A program made the translations under genes and the position numbers. The notes beneath the pieces were generated by a model. That model was given only the letters and a program-made list of their open reading frames with translations, did not search any database and was not told the origin of the DNA. Below, in pieces: positions 32,101 to 40,756 of a DNA stretch of 52,836 nucleotides. The DNA is from a candidate division FCPU426 bacterium (GTDB lineage: Bacteria > Oederibacteriota > Muellerivitia > Muellerivitales > Muellerivitaceae). The DNA lies in NCBI GenBank assembly GCA_963771075.1, contig CAVYSE010000010.1, positions 1 to 52,836 on the forward strand, read 5' to 3'. Every line of letters begins with the position of its first letter. Position 1 is the first letter of the stretch.

Positions 32101-33937
32101 GGGAGTGTTCGTCCGGGTGGGGGTAGGCGTTGGCGTGGGAGTATTCAGGACCGTATTGGTGTTCGTTGGGGTCACGGTAGGGGTTATGGTGTTGGTGCGT
32201 GTATTTGTGTTCGTGGGTGTTACGGTCGGTGTATTCGTGGGTGTGCGGGTGGGGGTCAAAGTCGGGGTTTGGGTGGGAGTATAGGTGTTGGTACGGGTCG
32301 GCGTCCTCGAGGGCGTGTTGGTTTGGGTTAAGGTCGGTGTTTGGGTGAAGGTATTCGTGGCGCAAATCGCCGTGACCGCGATGCTATTACTGGTGACCGG
32401 GCCCGCGGCCGAGGGCCAGTTGGCCGTGCCGTAATCGGACATCGTGACGCAAGTAACTGGATTGTAAGCGGTAAAAGTAAAGGTCAGGGGCGCGCAGGTG
32501 CTCGGTTGCAGGTTATTGACCGAAAAGACGGGGTCAGAACCCTGGCTAATGACGTTGAAGGTCACCGGGTTCGCGCCCACCATGACCACCCAACTGCTGT
32601 AGGGCCCGGTAAAACTCAAGTTGCTGTAATTGGTGGTGATGTCCGAAATAGTGACCGCGTTACCGACCCCTCCTGAGTTGGAGGCGCAGACGTTATAAAC
32701 CCAAGTCAGGCCCCCGCCGTTCACGCCCGCGCTGCCGTTGTATCCCGAGGTCGGGTCGTTGATGGATTTGCTGATTGTAATGATGGGAGGGATGATGACT
32801 TGGGTGTAGGTCACCGGATTCGACGTCTTGTTGCCCGTGGGCCAAGTCACCGAAGCCTGGTCCACCAGGGTCATCCCGCAGCTCGAAACCGTGTCCTGGG
32901 TATCGAAAAGCTGGGCGGTCATGGTGGCACAGCCATTTCCGAAGTTGGGAAACACCATCTGGCCATTCGAGACGGAAGGCTCGTTCGCCAACCCTGCCGA
33001 GGACCCGTAGTAGCAAATGGAATAGGGCTCATAGGCGTCCCCATATCCCCAGCATTGGAACTGGAAGCTTCCGCAGCTGTTTCCGGGTATGTCCGTGGCG
33101 GAGATGTTGGTCAATATGTTGTCCGACACCGTGGTGGGGCCGCTCGTCACCGGCATTCCGGAATTGCAAACCACGATGTTGTAATCGAGAGCTCACCCCC
33201 CCGCTGTTCGTCATGGCGCTGGAAAGGCTTTTGGTGATCGTAAAATTGGGCGGGCCCAGCGTGGGCTGGGGCGCGGGGATGGTCGTGCACTGTTTCCAAA
33301 AGAGGGCTCCATCGGTGTTGGACGTACTGTAATCGCCGGAACAGTTATTGGCGATAAAAGGGATGACCTTACCCGTCACGGGGTTGTAAATGGGATTGGC
33401 CCAGGTCGAGGCGGTCACCGCGCAATCCATAGTCGTCCAGCCATTGCTGAAGTTGGGATTCGTCCATGAATTGCCGCTTCCGTCGTTGACCGGAGTCGGT
33501 GCGGGATTACCGCTGGAAACGTAATCCACCGAAATGCCGGAACCTGAACTGGTTATCTCCGAGTGGTTTCCGCCTGAACAGGTGATATCCAGGTCCCATG
33601 AGCTGAAGACGTCTTCCGGGTTGGTATTTTGGGTTTCCACGGCCAAACAAACCTGCGATCCTGTCAGCAAAGCGGTCGAGACCGTCATACAGGTGGGGTT
33701 GCCCGCCCCGTTGGTGCCGGGAGCACCGGCGTAGTTGAAGGTGCCTAAGAGGGACCCACCGACATAAACGGTCGTAAGGTCATCACCGCTCGCGCAAAGG
33801 GAAGCGGAGGTTGGGGTACATTGGGCGAAAAGACCAGGGGCAAAGGAAAGCGAACCCAACAAAACGAGCAAAAGCCCATATAGGGGTTTATGAGGATTTT
33901 GAAACCGGTTTAATCTAAATTTTAAAATTTCATTCAT
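29182..33937 (-). CDS. Secreted Thr-rich protein 6, close paralog of 16173-21899 (one extra base at ~33192)
   Basis: ORFs 33029-33937 and 29182-33174 join if the extra C in GAGCTCAC is removed (the paralog has GAGTCAC at 21131). Signal peptide ..APGLFA/Q; same domain order. Confidence 0.9.
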
Positions 33938-34008
33938 ATCAATCGCCTAATTCCATCAATGGTTCTTCTTTTAAGACTCCCAAGCCTAAAAACGTTACAA
34001 AGTTTTTT

Positions 34009-34039
34009 AAATTTTCTCACCTAAGGGTCAAAAAGCAAG
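34009..34039 (-). promoter_or_regulatory. Conserved promoter-like motif
   Basis: CTTGCTTTTTGACCCTTAGGTGAGAAAATTT on the minus strand. Confidence 0.6.
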
Positions 34040-34233
34040 GAAACTATGAATATTTAAAGCAATTTATATGCCCGTTTTTGTTTGTTTTGCTCGTTAAAGT
34101 TGTAGGTAATTACTTTAAAGAAATTAACATTCAGGTTTTCGTAAACCGGTTTGGTTCTTTTCTGACTAAATCGTTTATGAAGGTGACAGACCAGCCATTA
34201 AACCATCCCAGGAGACTCTCCATCGAAACCTTG

Positions 34234-34393
34234 CATGCTTATGCGCAATGCACCTGCGGTTTATTGATTTTTTAATCTTCCCCCTCTGAAAGAGGGGGAT
34301 AAAGGGGGAGTTAGCCTCTGGGTGTTACACAACAAAAGCTAATACCCCCCTTCCCCCCTTTTTCAAAGGGGGGGTGTAACCTTAACTGCAAAT
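34234..34393. mobile_element. MITE shell C, copy 2 (one end lost)
   Basis: Begins CATGCTTATGCGCAATGCACCTGCGGTTTA, the reverse complement of 16111-16140. Contains the hairpin core. Confidence 0.75.
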
Positions 34394-36502
34394 TCAGGAA
34401 AGAGTCATTCTTTTATTCCACCCCAATAAAACCGTGAGCCAAATCCAACTCATTAAAGAGATAAAAAGGCCAAGCCGAACCGATGCCGGTTCATAACGAA
34501 AGTCGATTTCATGCGCACCCCCGGCGGGAGATGGAACCGCCATGAAAAACCCGAAAGCCCTGGCGATAGGCGCTGGTTTACCATCGATCCATGCACGCCA
34601 TCCCGGCGTGAAGGCCTCGTTCCAAACCAGCCAAGGCCTATCGTTCATGCCATTGATCCCGGAGAACTCTCCTGTAAACCTAGCCCTGGAATCAGCCGGT
34701 CTTTCCCATCCCATCTTTCCCGGCAATTCTTGATCCGGGAGGTTTCTTTGGGGCGGGGATAGCCACTGGTCCTTTTCCAAGTACAGGATCTTGGATTCTT
34801 GGGGCACGGAAGGTTCGGCCAGCAGTTGGGCCAAAAGGGCGGGTTGGTCCGGAAAGTCCTTTTCCCCTTCCGCGATCCAGGCGTCCGGCAAGCAACGCTC
34901 ATTGAGCATCCAATAGGCATCCCCCTTGTTTTCCAGTAGTTGGTAATGGGAAGAATCAAGCGGGAGGGGCAGGGATATAACTTTCACTCCCGTCAAATCC
35001 ACTAACCTTGAATTGTAATTTTCACTTTTATTGAAAGCTTTCCATAACAGGTCCATTCCTTTCGTCCAGGTCGATACATAGGCATGGGAGGTTCGAATGC
35101 CCCATACCCCATTGGCGTTGGCCAAGACACTTCCCACCCAATGGTCGGCAGCCTGGTTGAAAGTTTCCGCGATCCCGTCCACCACGACCATTTTGTTTTT
35201 GGCGTGGAGACTGACCATCCTTTGGCCCTCGGTCCAATCCTTGGCCTTGGAAGCCGCGGATTGAATTTCCGGTTTGACGAATGGATCGGCCACGGGAAAC
35301 ACGGTTCTCACGGGGATTGAAAGGATATCTAAAATCCAAAACAAGGCGATCCCCCAGCAGATGGCGCTTGAGACAGGGTTGGAGGCCCTGGCTTGAAAAA
35401 AGCGGGAAAGGCCCAGGACAGCCCCGGTCAGGGCCGCGAAAAGAAAAATTCCAATGGCTTTCGAAGGGTTCAGAACCTCCAGCGCGCTTTCGGGAATAAA
35501 ACGCAAGAGGGGCAATGCCCCCCCCATCATCCACAACATCCACCCCAGGGCGGACCAGGTCCAAAACTTAGGTTTCGTATTCCGGTAAAAGAAAAACCCT
35601 AAAACCCAAGATCCCAGGGGGATCAAGCCGAAATACATCATGAAACAGGCATTCGGTTCCTGCCCCAGGTAACCCGTTGTCCCGGGATAACCCAAGGCCG
35701 TGGGGGAAAATAAGGTCAGGAATTCCACGGCCCTGGAGAAATAGGGAAACTTTTCCGGGGAACCCCATCCTCCCCGGGTTGAGTTGGAGAGGGTATCAAC
35801 GAAGGGCAGAAGCTGAACCGCCGCCAGGAAAAACGCCGCGCTGATCCCCGCCCCCACCGCGAATTTTTTTTGCCTGGGGACTGGCTTGAACAGGATCCAG
35901 GTCGCGAGAAACAGGAGCGTGTAAAAGCTGAAAAAGGGATAGCCGGCCAAAAACTGCAACGCGATGGCGAGGACCAATCCGATCCAAGCTCGGCATTGTC
36001 CCTTCTCGATAAAACGGGAGGCCGCATAAAAAACCCAGGGTGTCCAGGCTTGGGCCGCCGAAAACATGGGATAGGCCCAAACGCGGGTTAGGTGAAGCGA
36101 ACCCGCGAAGGAAATCGCCCCCAAGACCGCCCAGGTTTCATGGACTTTTTGTGTCCGGGCCCAGAGGAAAAACCCAAAAAAGGCAAAGGCCGTGTGGATC
36201 AGGGACATCCACACCAGCCAATGGGACAGCCCGGTCAGGATAAAAAGCCAAAAGGGGGGATAAAAACACGCGGAGAGATCGTTTCCCAATTGGGGCATTC
36301 CGCATCCCGTGGTGGAATCCCAAAGGGGGAGGAGGCCCTTTTGCCACTGGGAAAGATTGACCGCCTGGCTGGGATAGGAAAAAAGGAATTCGTCGGTGAC
36401 CGCGGGAAGTTTGCCGGTGAACCGGTAAGCCCAATAGGCCAGGGACGCCAAAAAGGCGGCGCCTGCCACCCATGCGGGGGTGAGAAATTTTCTCATTGGC
36501 AT
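34394..36502 (-). CDS. YfhO-like polytopic membrane protein (GT-C superfamily)
   Basis: G-x-LPLWD..GCGMPQLGN..FYPP motif, many TM segments, AVQLLP, and C-terminal EAFTPGWRAWIDG..AFGFFMAV..GAHEIDFRYEP followed by a TM. Confidence 0.85.
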   Translation of the reverse strand: MPMRKFLTPAWVAGAAFLASLAYWAYRFTGKLPAVTDEFLFSYPSQAVNLSQWQKGLLPLWDSTTGCGMPQLGNDLSACFYPPFWLFILTGLSHWLVWMSLIHTAFAFFGFFLWARTQKVHETWAVLGAISFAGSLHLTRVWAYPMFSAAQAWTPWVFYAASRFIEKGQCRAWIGLVLAIALQFLAGYPFFSFYTLLFLATWILFKPVPRQKKFAVGAGISAAFFLAAVQLLPFVDTLSNSTRGGWGSPEKFPYFSRAVEFLTLFSPTALGYPGTTGYLGQEPNACFMMYFGLIPLGSWVLGFFFYRNTKPKFWTWSALGWMLWMMGGALPLLRFIPESALEVLNPSKAIGIFLFAALTGAVLGLSRFFQARASNPVSSAICWGIALFWILDILSIPVRTVFPVADPFVKPEIQSAASKAKDWTEGQRMVSLHAKNKMVVVDGIAETFNQAADHWVGSVLANANGVWGIRTSHAYVSTWTKGMDLLWKAFNKSENYNSRLVDLTGVKVISLPLPLDSSHYQLLENKGDAYWMLNERCLPDAWIAEGEKDFPDQPALLAQLLAEPSVPQESKILYLEKDQWLSPPQRNLPDQELPGKMGWERPADSRARFTGEFSGINGMNDRPWLVWNEAFTPGWRAWIDGKPAPIARAFGFFMAVPSPAGGAHEIDFRYEPASVRLGLFISLMSWIWLTVLLGWNKRMTLS

Positions 36503-36560
36503 TCAGGCCTTACCCTCTGATGAATCCCATCCATCGGCGGCTCATTTCCGGCCGGGGTGG

Positions 36561-36935
36561 TTACAAAACCCTCGCCAGCGTGATCCCACCCCAGGTTCCC
36601 AAAAGGCACCCGCCCACGCTCAAGAGAATATTCCCGCCCGCCAACTTCCAATTGCCTTCCGAAAGGTAGCGGAAAGTATCCCAACTGAAGGTGGAAAAGG
36701 TGGTATAGCTGGCGCAAAAACCCACGGTCAAGAATAACCGGATATTAGGCGTGAAGACCCCGCGTTCCATGTTAAGGGTCAGGACCCAGGCCATGATGAG
36801 CGACCCGGTGATATTGATGACCAAGGTTCCCCACGCGAAGGCGGTTCCCCATTTTTCGACGGACCAGAGCCCCAGTGTGTACCGGCTCCAGGCGCCCAGG
36901 ATACCCCCCACCGCGATCCAAAGATATCGATCCAA
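36561..36935 (-). CDS. crcB: Fluoride efflux channel CrcB/FluC
   Basis: GGILGAWSRY, WGTLVINITGS and GFCASYTTFSTF motifs. TTG start after RBS GGAGGAGG; 124 aa. Confidence 0.95.
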   Translation of the reverse strand: MDRYLWIAVGGILGAWSRYTLGLWSVEKWGTAFAWGTLVINITGSLIMAWVLTLNMERGVFTPNIRLFLTVGFCASYTTFSTFSWDTFRYLSEGNWKLAGGNILLSVGGCLLGTWGGITLARVL

Positions 36936-37017
36936 TTCGTCCTCCTCCAAGGATGGATAGTTTACCCAAAAGGCCTTCTCTCCCGACGGGTAAAAAACCT
37001 TCCCGAATGCTTTTTTC

Positions 37018-37235
37018 CATGCTTATCCGAACAGCGCCCGTTGGGAAATGGACTTTTGTATTCATCCGCAGGCCATACACTGTTCTCCCCCTCTGAAAGA
37101 GGGGGAAAAAGGGGGAGTTAGCTTTTCCGCCAATTCCACCGTAACGGCTAATACCCACCTTCCCCCCTTTTTCAAATGGGGGGATATTGAAAAGCCGTTT
37201 TCGCGCAACTAGCGGGCGCTGTTCGGATAAGTATG
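37018..37235. mobile_element. MITE shell B, copy 2 (inverted relative to copy 1)
   Basis: TIR CATGCTTATCCGAACAGCGCCCG / CGGGCGCTGTTCGGATAAGTATG. Perfect 8-bp TSD CTTTTTTC at 37010-37017 and 37236-37243. Confidence 0.9.
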
Positions 37236-37288
37236 CTTTTTTCCGGGTGGCATCCTAAAATAGGGCCACTTTTGGGAAGGAATTTGTC

Positions 37289-37987
37289 ATGACCACTGTC
37301 ACCTGTTTTCAGCACATTGACTGCGAAGGCCCGGGTTCCCTGGAGAGGATCCTCCATGCCCATGAGATCAAGCTCCAAATATTGAAACCCTTTAAAGGCG
37401 ATCCGGTGCCCGAGGTCCTGGGCGACGGCCTGGTGGTCTTGGGCGGCCCCATGGCCGTTTACGAGGAAGATAAGTTCCCTTGGATGACCCCGGAGTTGGC
37501 GGCCATCCGTCGTTGCCTGGAAACCAGGCTTCCCGTTTTAGGCATCTGTCTGGGCGCCCAGATGCTGGCCCATGCGGGAGGTGGCCGGGTTTACAAAGGC
37601 CCCCAACCGGAAGTCGGCTGGTTTCCGATCACCCTGACGAAAGATGGCCGGTTGGACAACCTATTCCTGGGGCTGGAGGAAACCCTCATGGCTTTTCACT
37701 GGCATGGGGACACCTTTTCGCTGGGCCCGGGCGCGGCCCGGCTGGCGCAAAGCGCCATCACGCCCAACCAGGCTTTCCGGCTGGGCGTCAACGCTTATGG
37801 GTTTCAATTTCACCTGGAGACCACCGAGGAAATGGTGCGCGAATGGGAGAGGGTTTACGCCTCCGAGATGGCCCCGCAAGGCGGTTCGATCCAGCCCGAA
37901 GCCATCGAAAAAAACCTGGCCGCCAACGCGCAGGCCCTGCGCGAAACGGCCGATAAGGTTTTCACCCGCTGGGCCGCCTTGATCTAA
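37289..37987 (+). CDS. Class I glutamine amidotransferase (GMP-synthase-like, stand-alone)
   Basis: LGGPM, LGICLGAQ (nucleophile Cys), FHWHGD and FQFHLE (His-Glu). Confidence 0.92.
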   Translation: MTTVTCFQHIDCEGPGSLERILHAHEIKLQILKPFKGDPVPEVLGDGLVVLGGPMAVYEEDKFPWMTPELAAIRRCLETRLPVLGICLGAQMLAHAGGGRVYKGPQPEVGWFPITLTKDGRLDNLFLGLEETLMAFHWHGDTFSLGPGAARLAQSAITPNQAFRLGVNAYGFQFHLETTEEMVREWERVYASEMAPQGGSIQPEAIEKNLAANAQALRETADKVFTRWAALI

Positions 37988-38041
37988 GGGGATAATAAAA
38001 AAGCCAACCGAATTTCGAAGGTTGGCTTACCCCTTCCCTTC

Positions 38042-40756
38042 TTATCGCAAGACTAAAACTTTACAAATATGGTTTTCGACTATTCCGTCTTTTTGGGTCT
38101 GCAAATTCACATAGTACAGGCCGTTGGAAACCAGGTATCCCGAGTTGTCCCTTAAATCCCAGTCCAGGTCCTCTTCCTCCTGTCCGTGGCAATCATGAGG
38201 CTTGCTGCAAATCTCACGTAAGCTGGTGGTGAAGACCTTTAGGGTAATACCTTTATAGGGACCGCCCCCGCAATGGAAATGGACCGGTCCCCCGATTGAG
38301 GGGTTCGGGTAAGCAACCGGGTGGCAGGTTCTTTCGGGTGTGTCGGTGGGGCTGGCGGTAACCGTGAAGGTCGGGGTCTGCGTGGTTGTCACGGTCGTCG
38401 TAGAGGTCGGCGTGGGAGTGCTGGTAAAGGTCGGCGTCGAAGTGAAGGTAGATGTGTTCGTGTTGGTCGGTGTCGCGGTCGAAGTGGCCGTCGCGGTGGA
38501 CGTGGCTGTAGGGGTAAAGGTGGAGGTTGAAGTCGGGGTGGGGGTTGCGGTGGACGTGGCGGTAGGAGTCAAGGTGGAGGTCGAAGTCGGGGTGGGGGTC
38601 GCTGTAAGGGTGGATGTCATGGTTCCCGTCGCGGTGGCCGTCGGCGTAAGGGTCACGGTCGATGTGAAAGTGGGCGTATATTCTGGGGTCAGGACGGTCG
38701 TGAGATTGTTCACAACGGCCACCAATGCGGCCCAGGTGGTCCCGTATTGAACGGCAATCTGGTTCCAAGTCAGGGTTTGGTGGAGGACGGAAAGATCTTG
38801 GGGTTGGCATCCGCAGGGGGTCGTTAAAAGCAGGAGGACATAGGTGGTCATTGGGTCCAAACCCAGCGCCCTCGCCTCATCCACCACCGAAACCGGGACC
38901 GAGAAGGCGGCCGCCACCGCCGTATCGGTGTTGGCGTAAGACATGGTCGGAGTGCTGGTGGGCGTAAAGGTAAATGTGACCGTAGGGGTCGATGTCGCGG
39001 TCGAAGTGGCCGTCACCGTGGGCGTAAAGGTGGGCGTATATTCGGGGGCGAGGACTGCGGAGAGATTATTGGCTTCCGCCACCAGAACATCCCAGGTGGT
39101 CTCGTATTGGATGGCGATCTGGTTCCAGGTTTGGGTGAGGCTCAGCACATAAAGGTCGTGGGGATGGCAACCGCAAAGCTTGGTCAGGAGGATGATGACA
39201 TAGGTGGTCGTGGGGTCGATCCCCAGCGCCCGGGCCTCATCCACCACCGAAACAGGGACCGAGAAGGCGGCCGCCACCGCCGTATCGGTGTTGGCGTAGG
39301 ACATGGTCGCGGTGTTCGTGGGCGTGGAGGTCAGGGTGATCGTCGGCGTGATCGTAACGCTGGGCGTGAGGGTGACCGTGGGTGTGAGGGTCGGGGTCAA
39401 GGTGGCGGTGGGACTCATTGTGGAAGTGGGGGTATTCGTGAGGGAGGGGGTATAGGTAAAGGTGGGCGTCGGCGTCCAGGTCGGTTCGCTCCAGCAGGCG
39501 CTCAAGGTATAAAAGATGGGACTCGGGCTGGGGGAAGGGGTGTAGTTGGCTACCGGGGTGGCGCTCAAGTTGCAAAGGCAATTGGCCGCGTTGCCGGGCG
39601 TGACGGAATCGAAGCAGAACATCGCCTGGGACCTATTGTTCACGAACAACTGGCCGTCCGCCTCCGCCCAACCGACGAAGGTCAAATCCACCCAGTGGTG
39701 GAACCTCCAATCGATTTGGCCCGTTTGGCCGTCCAGGCAGTAGTAATCCCCGTGACATGCGGAGATATAGACCTTGCCGCAAACCACGAGCGGACTGTTG
39801 CGCGCGAAGTTGCCCGTCAAGGTAGTGCACCAAACCATCGCACCGTTGTAGCGGTTGAGGCCCCAGACCCGCCAGGAATCCCCGGGAACGACCAGGATGT
39901 CCCCGCAGAGTGCCAAACAACCGTTGGTGATCCCCACGCACACATGGGTATCGGTGGTCCAGACGAGGGAACCGTCCGTCCGGCTGCGGCATTCCACCTG
40001 GCTTAAATTGCCCAGGACGTAGATGTACTCGTCCGAGAGAAGGGGGCAATTTTGATGGATCAAGTTTTGTTTCACGTACCATTGGACCGCGCCGGTCGTG
40101 CCGTTCAGGCTGAACAGGTGGCCGTTTTCCGTGGCGAGATAGATGGACCCATTGTCGTAAGCCGGGGTCAGGGTGGCGTCGTTGAACGGCTTGCCGAAGT
40201 AGGAACTGAAATTAAAACTCCAAACCACGGCGCGGGTATCCGGGTTGAGGCAGAGAAAAGCCGAACCCCCGTTCCCGACGTAAAGCAATCCATTCACGTA
40301 AAGCGGGGTGGCAATTTGGTTGGTGATGCTGTTGGGGTCATGGTTAAAAACCCAGACGACGTTACCCGTTTGGGGGTCCAGCGCCACGGTGTCGCCGTTG
40401 TTGCAACCCTGGTAAAGCAGGTTCCGATCGGCGTCATAGGCCGGCGCGTTCCACAGGTTGGTATAGGAGTTACAAACCCAGGTCCAAAGGATCTTCCCGG
40501 TCGTGCGGTCATAGCAACGCATCCCTTGCCAAAAGGCCTGCACTACCCGGTCGCTCAGGACCACGGGATTGCTGCAGGGAACCCCTAAATTCAGGTTAGG
40601 GGACGTCATCCATTGGACCTGGATTGGATTCTGCAAGGGACTAGGATTTACGTTGTGGTTTTCCCGGCGCAGGTCGCCGCATTCCGTTGGAAAAAGGTTT
40701 CCGGCCGCCACGGGAATCGGTGCGATGAGGATCAGCAGGAGGAGGGCGCGTTTCAT
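38042..40756 (-). CDS. Secreted PQQ-like/BamB-type beta-propeller protein with Thr-rich stalk, two embedded CGC helical domains and T9SS-like CTD
   Basis: Repeated A-L-D/N-x-x-T-G-x-x-x-W blades. CTD AYPNPS...VSNGLYYV...KVLVLR. The ATG at 40756 overlaps the upstream TGA (ATGA coupling). Confidence 0.88.
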   Translation of the reverse strand: MKRALLLLILIAPIPVAAGNLFPTECGDLRRENHNVNPSPLQNPIQVQWMTSPNLNLGVPCSNPVVLSDRVVQAFWQGMRCYDRTTGKILWTWVCNSYTNLWNAPAYDADRNLLYQGCNNGDTVALDPQTGNVVWVFNHDPNSITNQIATPLYVNGLLYVGNGGSAFLCLNPDTRAVVWSFNFSSYFGKPFNDATLTPAYDNGSIYLATENGHLFSLNGTTGAVQWYVKQNLIHQNCPLLSDEYIYVLGNLSQVECRSRTDGSLVWTTDTHVCVGITNGCLALCGDILVVPGDSWRVWGLNRYNGAMVWCTTLTGNFARNSPLVVCGKVYISACHGDYYCLDGQTGQIDWRFHHWVDLTFVGWAEADGQLFVNNRSQAMFCFDSVTPGNAANCLCNLSATPVANYTPSPSPSPIFYTLSACWSEPTWTPTPTFTYTPSLTNTPTSTMSPTATLTPTLTPTVTLTPSVTITPTITLTSTPTNTATMSYANTDTAVAAAFSVPVSVVDEARALGIDPTTTYVIILLTKLCGCHPHDLYVLSLTQTWNQIAIQYETTWDVLVAEANNLSAVLAPEYTPTFTPTVTATSTATSTPTVTFTFTPTSTPTMSYANTDTAVAAAFSVPVSVVDEARALGLDPMTTYVLLLLTTPCGCQPQDLSVLHQTLTWNQIAVQYGTTWAALVAVVNNLTTVLTPEYTPTFTSTVTLTPTATATGTMTSTLTATPTPTSTSTLTPTATSTATPTPTSTSTFTPTATSTATATSTATPTNTNTSTFTSTPTFTSTPTPTSTTTVTTTQTPTFTVTASPTDTPERTCHPVAYPNPSIGGPVHFHCGGGPYKGITLKVFTTSLREICSKPHDCHGQEEEDLDWDLRDNSGYLVSNGLYYVNLQTQKDGIVENHICKVLVLR

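Noticed and set aside
4640..32360. Repetitive DNA as a possible CRISPR array or satellite
   Set aside because: The repeats are degenerate, codon-phased and inside ORFs, with no constant repeat/unique spacer pattern and no cas genes.
36936..37017. Fluoride riboswitch upstream of crcB
   Set aside because: No GGCGATGG..CGCC / TGATG/TAATG pseudoknot consensus was seen; the region abuts a MITE.
5059..39152. Many plus-strand Val/Gly-rich and Gly/Arg-rich ORFs, and His/Pro-rich minus-strand alternative frames
   Set aside because: These are shadow frames of ACN-rich Thr stalks, which lack stops on the antisense strand. They have no RBS or domain signal.
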